Below, one piece after another: positions 47,426 to 59,397 of a stretch of 64,000 nt of DNA; the first letter of the stretch is position 1, and each line of letters opens with the position of its first letter. The stretch lies in the NCBI RefSeq assembly GCF_000981445.1, contig NC_027217.1:1674001-1738000 (forward strand), written 5' to 3'. A program made the translations under genes and the position numbers. The DNA comes from Babesia bigemina. Taxonomy: Eukaryota. The notes below the pieces were generated by a model that made no database searches, was not told where the DNA came from, and saw only the letters and a list, made by a program, of their open reading frames with translations.

Positions 47426-50400
47426 TCACAGCAGTTCCGCAGTGATGTTGTACCTGAAATGCTTGTTGCTCGAGTTGAGCGTTATCTTCACGTGGTCGAA
47501 CAAGTTAACGTGCCGCCCCGATGTCAGGGTGACGCGCTGCGTCTCGGGGTCGAACGCGGACACGTCCACGCTCGCCGTCGCCTCGATCCCGAACTCGTGC
47601 GCAAGCAAGCTGAGGCGCTTCTCGGTCGCGCCCACCACCGTCGCCACGGTGGCGACACTGCCCTGCGCAACGTAAGGAGATGCAAGACGGACGACGCACC
47701 TGCTTCTTCAGGAACAGATACGCGAAGAGCTTCGTGGACTCGCGGCCACACCAATTGGCGTTACGATGCCTTCTGTTCAGCGCCTCGCACTGCGCGGGGA
47801 GCTGCGGTCAATGTCAAACTTTCGTCTTTCGCCCACCTCCTGGAAGAAGCTGGTGTCCATGGCCTCGAGGTCCAGCGCCGCAGCCAGCATGCGGTGCACC
47901 ACCACGTCGGCGTACCGACGGATGGGCGACGTGAAGTGGGTGTACAGGTCGGTGCACAGCCCGTAGTGCCGCAGGTCATCAGCGCCGCTGTCGCCCGAAC
48001 TGCAGTACACGGCCTGGCTCATGCACCTCGTCGTCATGATGCGGAGGGCGCTGCCCAGGCGGCTGTCGCTCTTCTCCACAATGCGCTTCAGCGACGCGTT
48101 CAGGTCGCGCGAGTTGCCGAACTCGAACTCCAGACGGTGCTGCGAAAGCGACCGCTGCAGCGCCTTCAGCCGCACCTCCATGGGCGGCGGGTGCCGACGG
48201 AGCAGCGCGCACGTGGGGAACCGCTCGAAGATCTTAGTGGCCACGCTGACGTTGGCCAGCAGCATAAACTCCTCGACCATGCGGTTAGTGTCGTACAGAA
48301 TGTACTTCTCCATCTTGCGGATGTCGGTCAGCTCGTACTCGAACTTCACGTCCGGCGACTCCAGCTCCACGGCGCCACGCTCGAAGCGTTTGGATCGGAG
48401 CAGTTTCGCCAGCCTGTTGAGCCCCTGCAGGGCTTGCGTGATCTCGTCGCTGCAACGCGGTGAGCGATACGTACGGTGCGCAGCCTACCTCCCGCCGGCG
48501 TCGATGAGCGCCTGGGCGTCCTTGTAGCTGAACGCACGCCTGCTGCGGATGATGCCCTTGCCGAACCTGGTGGCGCAGATCTCGTTCCGCTGGTCGAACT
48601 CCCACACGACGGAGAAGCACAGCCGGTCCTGGTCCTCAACCAACGAGCACAAGTTTGTCGTCAGCAGGGACGGGAGCATGTCGGTGCGTCGGTCCACCAG
48701 GTAGACGGTGGTGCAGCGCTGCGCAGCCTCACGGTCCAGCCAGCTGTCAGGCCGCACGAAGTGCGTGACGTCGGCAATGTGCACGGACACCTCCACGTGG
48801 CCGTTGGCAAGCACGCGGTACCCCAGCGCGTCGTCGATGTCCTTGCATTGCGGGGGGTCGACCGAAAAGACGAGCTGGTTGCGGAAGTCCATGCGGCGCG
48901 CAATCTCATCCGCGCTCGCCGTCCAGTTTGCGGGCGGCAGCTCCTTGTATGCCGGCGACGGGAAGTCGCGCGTGATGACGTCGTGCTCCCTCAGAATCAC
49001 CGCGCTCTCAACCTCCATGTCCTCCACGTCTCCCAGCACCTCCACCCAGTGACCGCACGGCTTGCGCGAAAAACGGTCCCAGCTGTCGATGGCGACCACG
49101 ATGCGCTTGCCGTCGAGTTCGCCCGACTTGCGCGTGTCGATGAAGATGAACGGGATGCGCGCGTCCACGGGGACGAAGACGCGCTGCACCGCGTGGTGGG
49201 TCCCGGTGACCTCGGCCGCCTCGTCGACGGGCAGCAGCGTCCCGCAGTACTCCCTCCAGTTGCGGCGCAGGATGCCCACCACGCGGCACTCCTGCTTGAT
49301 GCACTCGGCCGGCTTCTCGTCCTTGGTGGCGTCCAGCAGCGTGGCGCCCTCCGACTCTTCGCCCACAAGTTCTTCCGGCGCGTCAGCCTCCGCGGCGGCC
49401 GCCGCAGCTGTGCTTGACGACGCGCTCGCGTTTGCATGCTCTCCCACTATAACCTCGACGCACACGTTGTCGCCGTGGATGGCGCGGTTCAGGTTGGCGG
49501 TGCCGGAGACCTTGAACTCGTCCTTGCCGCACTTCACGTAGCCGTTCTGGAACGATCCCGTAAACATGTTGAGTATGCCGCTGTAGTAACGGCCGGTCTC
49601 GATGCCGGCTTGCATCTCCGCCTCAGAGAGGTGCGCGGGGTAACACCCATCGTCGTCGGCGGTGGCGCCACCGGACGCGCAGTCCGGTCGTGCTGCCGCC
49701 ACGTACTCCAGCGCGTCGGCGATTTCGGCTTGCAACTCACGAGCCCATTGCTCGACCGTCAGCCGCTCGAAAGCCGCTTGGCCGATATCCACCGCTGACG
49801 GGCCGCGAGGTGAAATGTCCATCCCAGTGCCATCCGACGTGTTGCTTGGGGCCGACAACGTCGGCTCCAGTGACACTGCGTCCTGCGACTCGGTTGGCGA
49901 AGCAGGGTCGTCGTGGTTGCCCAGCAGAATGACGCGGCATCCGGGAAGGTGGGACTGGTACCACGTCGCGCACTTCTCGATCAGCCGCTGGTCGCGCTCA
50001 GCCGCTGTTTCCTCGTCGTCCTCCTCAACGTAGGTGGGCTCGAAGTTCTCGTTAGAGAAGAGGTAGAAGCGCCTCACGTCTGCGCCGGCGTCGTCAGTCA
50101 ACTCGACATCCGCGACTCCGCCGCCATTGGCTGCGGCCGCTGCGGGGTTACCCGGCAGCAGCAGCTTCTTCATGCGCGCGTACATGCTGAGGCTGCGGCG
50201 GCGCACCTCGTTTAGGACAGTCGCGGGGATGACACAGTTGTCCAGACACCGCTCGCAGAAGGTTATCTGTTTCATAACGACGTCCACGGTGAGCACCAGC
50301 AGCGGCCGGCTGCCGTCCAGTTCGCCTACAAACGGTGAAGCAGACGGTGAAGGAATCTACCCTGGATTTGCGAACGCACGCACGATGTGCAGCTGTCGAC

Positions 50401-50538
50401 GCCACACCCGATGTCCGCGCGGTGGTAGACCTCCCGCGTGAACCGCTTAACGTGGCGGTGCCCGGAGGCACGCCAGAAGGTACGCAGCGTCCGCTTCAGC
50501 GACGGCTGGAGCACCTCGTACTCCTCAACGGCCTCCAT
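47426..50538 (-). CDS. DIS3: Exosome catalytic subunit DIS3/RRP44, multi-exon
   Basis: [15 protein letters not shown]-like region, [42 protein letters not shown] and [13 protein letters not shown]. Confidence 0.95.
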
Positions 50539-51170
50539 TTATGACCACAGGTCTAGGCGTGTGCCAAAAGGCGATATGGTTGGGTAACAGTGGCGCTACT
50601 GCTGCTGCGGTGGGGACAGGCGAACCGTTACACAACGCCGCGCTCGCCGTGCGGACGACGGATAGTATGGCAGTACTATGGCCGTTCGCTCTTATTGGCA
50701 AATCTGGCATTTATAAGGGTTGAAAAAACGGCCGTCAAGACGGTCTGCTGACGCTACTTTGGGCCCATAGACACGGGACGGCCATGCAAAACAGGGAGCC
50801 GCATGGAACGAGTCAACACGTACACACTCGTGCCGAATATAAATTGACGGTCAACGGGGGCCGTATAGAACGAGATATTGCATGCTGCGGCACCGTCAGC
50901 GTATGGCACACGTGTCTGACTCCTAACGGCGCCTACTGCGAGCAACTAGGCTCTAAGTAATTATAGTTGATGCACATTACTCCTGCTGTTGACACCGCCG
51001 ATCGCCCCGCAGAAGCAGACGCTATTTCGCACGCGCGGGCCGCACGGAAGCCACTACAAGTGGCCTACCGCCCTTTGCGCACGCACCACAGGTATAGCAG
51101 ACTCTGCGCGCCGCCGTCGACCGGCAGCATATATACTTGCATGAGATAGTCTTTTACATTTAACCAAAAC

Positions 51171-52971
51171 ATGTCGCGACAGAGCTTCGGAAGCAGCAGC
51201 GGCTTCGTCCGCATCGGCTCAGCCAGCGCTCTTCCGGAACACCTGATCCCCGAAAACATCCATGGGAACCTGAGCGCGACGTTGCCACAGGGCGCCAGCA
51301 TGGACGAGCGTGCGGTGATGTCGCTCTCCCAGAATGTATACTTCAGCAAGTGCTCCGTGCAGATAAACGAAGTGAGTGGCTAGTGCGACGTCGCATACTG
51401 TGCAGTACGGAATCAAGGTGCCCGCACTCTGGAGGAACGCCGGTGTGGCGGTGCTCACGCACCACGCGCTGCTCTACGAGCCCAACACGGTGCTCAACAC
51501 CACCGGGGCCGTGTGCTGCAAGTCAGGCGAAAAGACCGGGCGCTCCCCGGCCGACAAGCGCACGGTGATGGACGACGTTTCCAAGGGCAACGTCTGGTGG
51601 GGAAAGGTCAACATCGAGCTCTCGGAGCTTGCTTACGCCATTAACCGCGAGCGCGCCATCGATTACATCAACCTGCAGCAGCGGGTATACATCACCGACG
51701 CATACGCCGGCTGGGATCCCGAGCACCGCATCAGGGTGAGGGTCATCAGTACCAGGGCGTACCACGCGCTCTTCATGAAGAACTTGCTGATAGAGCCCAC
51801 AGCTGAGGAGCTGGCGGCCTTCGAGCCCGACTTTGTGCTCTACAACGCCGGCGCCTTCCCGTGCAACCGCTACACCAGGGGAGTGTCGAGCTCCACGTCC
51901 ATCTGCCTGAGCTACAAGCGCATGGAGATGGTGATTCTGGGGTCGGAGTACGCCGGGGAGATGAAAAAGGGGATCTTCACGCTCATGATGTACCTCATGC
52001 CGCTTAAGGGGCTGCTGCCACTTCACTCCTCCTGTAACGTCGGACCCAACAACGACGTCACACTCTTTTTCGGGCTCTCGGGAACGGGAAAGACCACGCT
52101 GTCAGCCGATCCCGCGAGGAGGCTCATTGGAGATGACGAGCACGTCTGGACCGACAGGGGCGTATTCAACATCGAGGGGGGCTGCTACGCGAAGTGCAAG
52201 GACCTCTGCCGTGAGAAGGAACCCGAGATTTTCGACGCTATACGCTTCGGAGCGGTGGTGGAGAACGTGGTGTACGACGCCGTCTCGCACGAAATCGACT
52301 ACACCGACTGCTCAATCACGGAGAACACCAGGTGCGCCTACCCCCTGAGCCACATCCCCAACGTCATGATGCCCGCGAGGATCGACGAGCACCCGTCCAA
52401 CATCATCTTCCTGACCTGCGACGCCTTCGGTGTCATCCCACCGGTCAGCAAGCTCACCATCGAGCAGGCCATGTACCACTTCGTCAGCGGGTACACCAGC
52501 AAGATGATCGGCACGGAGATGGGCATCAGCCGCCCGACGGCCACATTCTCGGCCTGCTACGCCGAGCCCTTCCTGGCCATGCACCCCATGGTCTACGCCA
52601 AGCTGCTCGAGCAGAAGCTGCAGAAACACTCCACAGACATATGGCTGCTGAACACCGGCTGGATCCAGGGGCCAGTGGACTCCAAAAAGGGGCGCCGCAT
52701 TCCGCTCAAGTACACGCGCGCCATTGTTGACGGAATCCACAACGGAACGCTCAAGAACGCCATGTACGAGCAGATGCCCATATTCGGGCTCATGGTGCCG
52801 GTGGAGGTTGAGGGCGTCCCGGCCGATGTGCTCAACCAGCGCCTCGGTTGGGGCTCGGATGAATACGACGAGAACGTGGAGGAGCTGGCGCAGAAGTTCG
52901 CGGAAAACTTCAAGCAGTACCAGTCGGAGGCCAACGAGAGCATCCTGCGTGGAGGGCCGGTGCAGCGCTAG
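51171..52971 (+). CDS. PEPCK: Phosphoenolpyruvate carboxykinase (ATP), 2 exons
   Basis: [45 protein letters not shown] and TENTRCAYP. Intron gtgagt...gcag at about 51372-51405. Confidence 0.97.
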
Positions 52972-53085
52972 ACTGCGGCGACCGACGCCCGCGGACGGCC
53001 TGGTAACAACAGCTGCCGCCTGAAAACAAGCCGACGCTCTAGACTACACGCAAACCGGTGCTAATTTTAATAGACATTTGCAAGG

Positions 53086-54987
53086 TTAACATTGTGTCAG
53101 TACGTTGCGCAGCTCGGAGCGCCACTTTTGCGCGAGCTTGCGGGCGCTGTTGAAGCCCCCTGACTTAGTCACGTCGAACCGCCCGATGTACAGCTCCTGC
53201 TCGCACGTGCTTTGCCGCATCAGGTCGCGCGGGGTGACCATGAGGCACAGCACCGCTTTTCCCACGGTGCCCTCGAGCCAGAAGTAGATGGGGCCAGAGA
53301 GCTTGGAGGTCATCGCGCCGTTCTTCAGGCGCTCGTCGAGCGCGGCCACGGCCGCCTGGTACGCGCCTTGGAAGCCCAGCGACTGCACGCTGAACGCTTC
53401 TATGCTGCGTTCGCCGGACACGGCGTCGTACGTGATGACCATCCACAACTGGGCGCCGCAGGAGAACACGATGCCGCGAGTCTCCGGGATGGCCCGTGCT
53501 TCCTCCACATGATCCAGACAAGATCCACTCGCCGGGTTGGCACGAAGAGCAACCTCGCAAACCTCCTCGAGCAGTCGACGCTCCTTGCTGGCGACGGCGG
53601 CGGACGTGGACCCCACGGCGAAGTCGGTAGCCAGCTTCAGAGCGCCTTCCACCCCAAACTTGCGAATGGAAAACAGACGCCGACGCCTCGCACCCAGCGG
53701 ACCCAGATACACAGCCACGAATGCGTGCTTCTGGCCGTCATATTTCACCATGTTTCGAATCTCAGCTGGGATCGGAGGGATCTCATTCTTCGGAGGGGCA
53801 ACCTCCATTCCACCCGTTTCGTAGCCGTCGCCTGCGGTTGCACCAGGCGTTGGCGCAGATTCGGGTGCTAAGGTCGCCGATGACGCCGTCGCAGTGGGCT
53901 GTGCCGTCCGCAATACAGTGGATGCTAACAGCTCGCCCGAAGGTGGAGGTGGAGCTTCGATCATCGGAGGCAAGAACTGCGTCTGTTGAAGCGCTTCGAA
54001 AACCTCGGTGAATGGTGGGAATTGAGGCGTCCCACTGCTGTTGAAATCACCGCCATCCGCCGGAAATGGCGCTGGATTGCTTGGTGGCGAGCCTTCTCCC
54101 ATGGGATATTCTATGGCAGGTGGCTGCGCCCATGCAACGTCGCACATGCCGTCGACGGCCATGCCCTGCCCATCTGAGCAGCCGTAGTATGGAGTGTTGA
54201 ACTGCTGCTGTTCCATGGGCGGCGGCGGGTCCAGAGTGGGAACTGCCAGCCGCATGGAGTTCCTGAAGTCGCAGCCGTTCAGGATCCCGCCCAGTATCCC
54301 GTTCTTGATGTCGATCAGCAGCTGCTGATTCTGTATGTAGGCCTTGAGGTAGGTGAGCTGCAACGTCATCGCCAATTGAGGCTCAATGGCGCTAAGGAGC
54401 TCCTGTGTTGGCGGCAACGGCATCCTCTTGGTGAGCTCGTTGACGGCGTCGGTGAGCTTCATCAGTTCCGATACGGTTACAGCTCGGTCCAGTCGCGGCG
54501 GAAATAGACCATACGCATCCGTCACGTCGCCAACACGGTTCACCGGATTCACGCCGACGTTAGATATACCGTTCGCGTTCTGAGTTCCGCTTGACCCACT
54601 TTGCTGGCTGCCGTCGGAGGCCGCCGAGCCGCTGGGAGCGAACGTGAGCACATTGCCAGACGGAAGAGACTGTAAAGGCGGGGTGCACGCGTTGTAATTT
54701 GTGCCGTTCAAAAACTTCCCGTACGGCTCGTAAATGTCTTGCCACGGCAAAAGCGCCCCGGATGTCGACGACGACGAGCTGCCGGCCTGCCACGCCGGCA
54801 ATCGCAGGGCGTCGCCATCATTTGACTGCGATATATCGGGAGCAGCGCCTGGCACGTTCCTGTACAGCACAGCTGCGTACCTGCTAGGCTCATGCTTCTG
54901 CTGCTCGGCCGACGAAGGCTCCGCCTCTCCGTCTGCCGATTGGCCGCGCGATCCCGATGCTCCTCCTATTTCTCCATCGGGATACAT
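53086..54987 (-). CDS. ApiAP2-family transcription factor (two, possibly three, C-terminal AP2 domains)
   Basis: VKYD..KHAFVA...RRRRLFSIRKFGVEGALKLA, GIVF...WMV...FSVQSLGFQGAYQAAV and RFDVTKSGGFNSARKLAQKWR after a long low-complexity region. Confidence 0.8.
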   Translation of the reverse strand: MYPDGEIGGASGSRGQSADGEAEPSSAEQQKHEPSRYAAVLYRNVPGAAPDISQSNDGDALRLPAWQAGSSSSSTSGALLPWQDIYEPYGKFLNGTNYNACTPPLQSLPSGNVLTFAPSGSAASDGSQQSGSSGTQNANGISNVGVNPVNRVGDVTDAYGLFPPRLDRAVTVSELMKLTDAVNELTKRMPLPPTQELLSAIEPQLAMTLQLTYLKAYIQNQQLLIDIKNGILGGILNGCDFRNSMRLAVPTLDPPPPMEQQQFNTPYYGCSDGQGMAVDGMCDVAWAQPPAIEYPMGEGSPPSNPAPFPADGGDFNSSGTPQFPPFTEVFEALQQTQFLPPMIEAPPPPSGELLASTVLRTAQPTATASSATLAPESAPTPGATAGDGYETGGMEVAPPKNEIPPIPAEIRNMVKYDGQKHAFVAVYLGPLGARRRRLFSIRKFGVEGALKLATDFAVGSTSAAVASKERRLLEEVCEVALRANPASGSCLDHVEEARAIPETRGIVFSCGAQLWMVITYDAVSGERSIEAFSVQSLGFQGAYQAAVAALDERLKNGAMTSKLSGPIYFWLEGTVGKAVLCLMVTPRDLMRQSTCEQELYIGRFDVTKSGGFNSARKLAQKWRSELRNVLTQC

Positions 54988-55717
54988 GCTGAGCAGCTTC
55001 ACTACCGCTGGTGAACAATACGTGGAGCATCGTAGGGAGCGGCCTTCCAGTCCTGTAACAGATTAACCGGCCCGCAGCGTACCGGCCGCTCGGACAGGCG
55101 TAACGCCGCCCGTAGTACTCGCAGACGAAGTTAGGAATATACGTTAACGATAGAAGTGTAGTAGGTATTAATTGCACGTGTATTTTGTCGCACAACGGCA
55201 CGTAGGGGGGTTGAGACGTCGAGCGTAGCCAGCAGCGATGGTGCCGAGCGCAGCCTCCGCGACCTACAGGATTCCTCGCAAACAAGAGTCACACATTGTT
55301 GTTGTATACCATAGAAAGCGGTTTTGTGTTGCATCCCGTATTGGGCGTTCTTTTTGAGTGTAAATTTTTTCGCTGAGTCGCTGTGCACCTAGTAGACGCA
55401 ACTCGAGTACCGTGGTAGAAGGCACAGCCGAACCTGGAAGGCGCTTCGCATGTGTTTGCCGACTCGGCTGGCTGACTTCTGCGGAATCTGTAACCTGATG
55501 CTCAATAACAGTCCCCCTTAGACACTGGGCAGGAGTGATAAATCAGTCTTAACATGGCAGCTTGTAATTCGCAACGTGAGGGGACGTGGACAAAGTAATG
55601 GATGATACAGACGGTAATTAGATAGGATCGTCCCTGGGAAGCAGCGCTAGGATTCTACAGAGGGAAATGCAATAACCCTTCTCTCCGAGACGTCCATCTG
55701 CACAGGACAATGTAGAT

Positions 55718-57445
55718 ATGTGCCTTTTGACACAGCAGCTGGCGCTGTTGTCCACATGGCTCCTGATCCCGCAATTAATATTACTGCGGCTGGTATTCGG
55801 CAGTCAGGGGCGTTATGCGCTGTTCCGCCCACTAATTCCGACGCGATATTTTGCGGAGGCGGGCAGAGCTAACCGATACAGGGATGGCGGAATTCTTGCA
55901 GCAGCACCTGATAGGAGCGCCAGTGCGCGCTACAGGGAATCACAACACATCGCATTTGTTGCCAAAATGGGCCACGATAGATCCGCTTACTCATCGGGAA
56001 CAGGGCAACAGAGCTGCTCGTACTTTGGCGATGACGATTCTTACAATGGAGCTAGCACGGGTTTAACACAGGGTTACGCAGCCCATACCGCGGGATATAA
56101 GCGAGGATTCACGCTGCATCTCAGTGTTAGGAAGTTGAGGAAAATGAAACGACGCCAAATAAATCGCATGAATAAGGACCTAGAGTTATTCCGACGCGTG
56201 AAGGAGCGGAGGCTGAAGAACCCAAACAGACTCGTAGATATACGTAAAATCAATTTCATTAATGACAAATGTAATCCAGCGCTCATGAGGCTGCCGGTAT
56301 CGCCGCTGGTAGACCTGAACGGACTGGTGCCGTTCAAAACGGTGCCGCAGATGACATCGCAAGTGCCATTCAATCCGGCTCCAATGCTGCACAACGTGGG
56401 ATTCAGGTTCAAACCCGACAGGAACGGAAAGTATGAACGTTTCTGCGAGCCATACCCGATGGACGAAATTTTGCAGGTGGTAGACGCACGCAGTCTGGGC
56501 GCTATAAGCCGCATGGCTGGCAAGTACAAAATCACGGGAGAAGGAACGAAGATACCCACCCCCATGGACAGCCAAATCGTAGCGCCGGGTGCTAGTGTCG
56601 GTAAGGGGTACGGGTTTGGCCTCACCAAGAAGTCCGAGCCCAAAAATAAGCCCATACCGCTTTCCAATTTCAAGCCTTTCGAGCCCAACGCAGAAACTCT
56701 CGTTGAAAGTCCACAAGAACTTGAGAGTGTGCAGATGCAGGCACGCGCATATGCTGAAAGCTTGATTGGCAAAATAGCTGAGCCGTCCAGCGTCGAAGCG
56801 CCGTCGGCTGCAGAGACCAGCCCCGAATCCCCGGGAGACAGTGCATTTGCCGCGGAAACACGGCACGATAGAGCCAGGTATGAGTCGGATATCGGCACTA
56901 TAAGCCAGCACGGTGCCACGAGTGGGCGATACGACAATGTCAAAGACGCCGTCGGTGTTTCGTACATGGACGATGTTTGTAACGAGGGTGATATCATGAG
57001 GAACCCCAGGTACCTCGGCGAGTATCGGTACAAATACTGGTACCACCCTTTCTACGGCAACGCGACCATGCCTGGGGACGAAAAGCGCCTCATCGAGGAG
57101 TACAACCGCGAGCACCCCGACGAACCCTTGGAATACGAGGAATACAAAGTCGACCTCATATACTGCCACTCCAACGGTACCATCGTGTACCTCGGCGAAG
57201 ATCAGGACCCCTACACAAACCAGGCGGACGACTTTGTCATGGAGGGGGAGGACCCGAGGGAGCCGCGCTTCGTAGTGCAGGCGGAGGCAGGGTTCATCAA
57301 GGAGCATCAGCTGAAGTTAGGGCAAATCCTGCCCAATGTCAACAGCGAGATGAGAGAGCGTTACTACGACAACATATTCTTCACACCAAAGAGCGTGCGG
57401 CGTCAATGGCAAGTGCACCTGCCCGACGGCACCCCGGTGATGTAG
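55718..57445 (+). CDS. Hypothetical protein with a signal peptide and basic leader (apicoplast-targeting-like)
   Basis: 575-aa ORF with a hydrophobic N-terminus followed by an Arg-rich segment; no family recognised. Confidence 0.7.
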   Translation: MCLLTQQLALLSTWLLIPQLILLRLVFGSQGRYALFRPLIPTRYFAEAGRANRYRDGGILAAAPDRSASARYRESQHIAFVAKMGHDRSAYSSGTGQQSCSYFGDDDSYNGASTGLTQGYAAHTAGYKRGFTLHLSVRKLRKMKRRQINRMNKDLELFRRVKERRLKNPNRLVDIRKINFINDKCNPALMRLPVSPLVDLNGLVPFKTVPQMTSQVPFNPAPMLHNVGFRFKPDRNGKYERFCEPYPMDEILQVVDARSLGAISRMAGKYKITGEGTKIPTPMDSQIVAPGASVGKGYGFGLTKKSEPKNKPIPLSNFKPFEPNAETLVESPQELESVQMQARAYAESLIGKIAEPSSVEAPSAAETSPESPGDSAFAAETRHDRARYESDIGTISQHGATSGRYDNVKDAVGVSYMDDVCNEGDIMRNPRYLGEYRYKYWYHPFYGNATMPGDEKRLIEEYNREHPDEPLEYEEYKVDLIYCHSNGTIVYLGEDQDPYTNQADDFVMEGEDPREPRFVVQAEAGFIKEHQLKLGQILPNVNSEMRERYYDNIFFTPKSVRRQWQVHLPDGTPVM

Positions 57446-58077
57446 TTTGACTGCTACCTATACATTCGCACAGTAGCGGTTTCGTCCGGATCGCAAACTG
57501 TTTTGCACTAATATGGTTTTTAATCCACCGCTGGTGCTTTTTTCGTATGAGCCAAGCTGGGTGTGGCTCCTACGTTTTTACCGTTATTATACTACCCACA
57601 TCCAATCTGTTATAGTTTTGTAATGTCCCGCACGTTTCAAAGATGTTTCTGTAAGTTGATTTTAGTTAGTATGTTGGGGTACAGGTGCGTCTTGGTGGTT
57701 TGTGGGATTTCTCTTCACCAATGCCCTACGCTCACTTTAAAGGCACGTGAACATTCCATCAAACGGGCAAGTGGCACTGTTGCATACCATATCAATGGTT
57801 GTCAGAGTGCAACATATAGCTCAATATCCGACACGCTACCGTGTTGGAGAGCGGTGGCCGAGTTTAGGCGGCAGGGGTATGCGCCTACACCGGCTGCAGC
57901 GATGTTGCGCAACAGTCAAGGATATGGCCTCAAGTACTCAAGGAATGCGAATACTGCAATATAGGTTTTAAATATGTATCTAAATGTTTTGAAATTTAAA
58001 ATACGTGATCTGACAACTTGCAGCAACATTGCGACTGCGCCAGATGTTTCGCAGTGGCACATTGAGGTGGCATCACT

Positions 58078-59388
58078 CTACTCGATATACATCGGACCCT
58101 CTAGGCGCGCTCCGCGGTACCTCTCTAGCCCTTCACCTTGGTAACTAGCAAGACAGGAAACTTCGAAGAAACCCTCTCCCAATTCCGCTCCGGCAGCCTC
58201 CAGCCAGTTCCTGGACTGTCGGCTGATCCGGTGCTGCGCTGAGAGCTCATTGTACACGTTGTAATCGGCCACATTTTTGACAGGTGCGAACTGTGAATCG
58301 CGGTCAACCTCGATGCACATCACCCTGGAAGCGAATTGGAACACATCGAAGACGAACAGCTCAAGCGTATACCCGTTGGGTGCATCGGGTCTCACCATTC
58401 GCCCCTCATCTTGGTCGTAATACGACACCACCTTATTAGCTGCATGATAGGGGAGCTGCTTGAAGAGCTGCTCTTCGATAATCCGGCGCAGAAATTCGCC
58501 CGAGAAGGCGTGGTCGCACATGTTGCCGTAAACGCGTGTCGTCCCTTGCAAAAATGATGCGTCCGGCAACATCTCAAGCTCACTGTACTCCACCACTCGT
58601 GGGGCTTTACCCATGCAGAAAACACCTACCTTCTCCGATCCGCGCCTAACCACGCACTTGTTCAGCACCTCCACTCCCGGGCATCGCAGCGCCAGACCCA
58701 CTAACTCGGGGTCCAGGGGCCGAGACAGCGCGTTGTCAATGGCAATAACATGCAACAGCCTTAAGTTTTCCAGCTGTGACATGAACTCCGGGCAGTGCGC
58801 CAGCGCCTCGAACAGTGCTCCGTTGCCCTTGGGTGCCTCCACTACCTTGCTGTCGGAACCGTCTTCGGCAGGGGGGCACGGGAAGAAGTCGTTGCCGTCT
58901 AGGGTCAAGCACGGGGCTGTGCCCTGCATCACCAGTACCACTTGCCGTTTGTCGAGCCCGAAGAAACGCTGCGACTCCAGGTAGCCTTCGATGCTGTCGT
59001 GGTTGAAGGGAGACGTCAGGATGAAAACACGCGGCGGGACGCTATCCTTGCCGAGCAACGCGCACAAACGGTTCACTTTCTCTAGATGTAACTGGAGCAG
59101 CGTTTTGCGGCGCACCGGCGAGATGGGAAGCAACGCTTTGGGGAAGGTGATGCCGACCCGGGTTGCCAGGCCGCCGGAGAGGATGAGCAGGGCGTAGCCG
59201 CCCTTAGACAGCTCTCTCAGACCATCTTCAAATAGACAGTGGCGCTGGTCAGCAGAAGGCTCGCGTATCACGCGGCCAGAGGCCTCAGACACACGCAGCT
59301 CATCGAGCTCAACCTCAGGCAGAGGCGTCAGACCCGATTCGAATCGAACTTTGCGCGCCTCTCGCAGCAGCGATCGGTAATCAAGCAT
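58078..59388 (-). CDS. UAP1: UDP-N-acetylglucosamine pyrophosphorylase (UAP-like)
   Basis: LILSGGLATRVG...PK, TLLQLH, APKGNGALF, IDNAL, EKVGV, VVEYSE, LELFVFDVF, FAPVKN and SYQGEGLE. Confidence 0.9.
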   Translation of the reverse strand: MLDYRSLLREARKVRFESGLTPLPEVELDELRVSEASGRVIREPSADQRHCLFEDGLRELSKGGYALLILSGGLATRVGITFPKALLPISPVRRKTLLQLHLEKVNRLCALLGKDSVPPRVFILTSPFNHDSIEGYLESQRFFGLDKRQVVLVMQGTAPCLTLDGNDFFPCPPAEDGSDSKVVEAPKGNGALFEALAHCPEFMSQLENLRLLHVIAIDNALSRPLDPELVGLALRCPGVEVLNKCVVRRGSEKVGVFCMGKAPRVVEYSELEMLPDASFLQGTTRVYGNMCDHAFSGEFLRRIIEEQLFKQLPYHAANKVVSYYDQDEGRMVRPDAPNGYTLELFVFDVFQFASRVMCIEVDRDSQFAPVKNVADYNVYNELSAQHRISRQSRNWLEAAGAELGEGFFEVSCLASYQGEGLERYRGARLEGPMYIE

Positions 59389-59397
59389 CGAAAAATA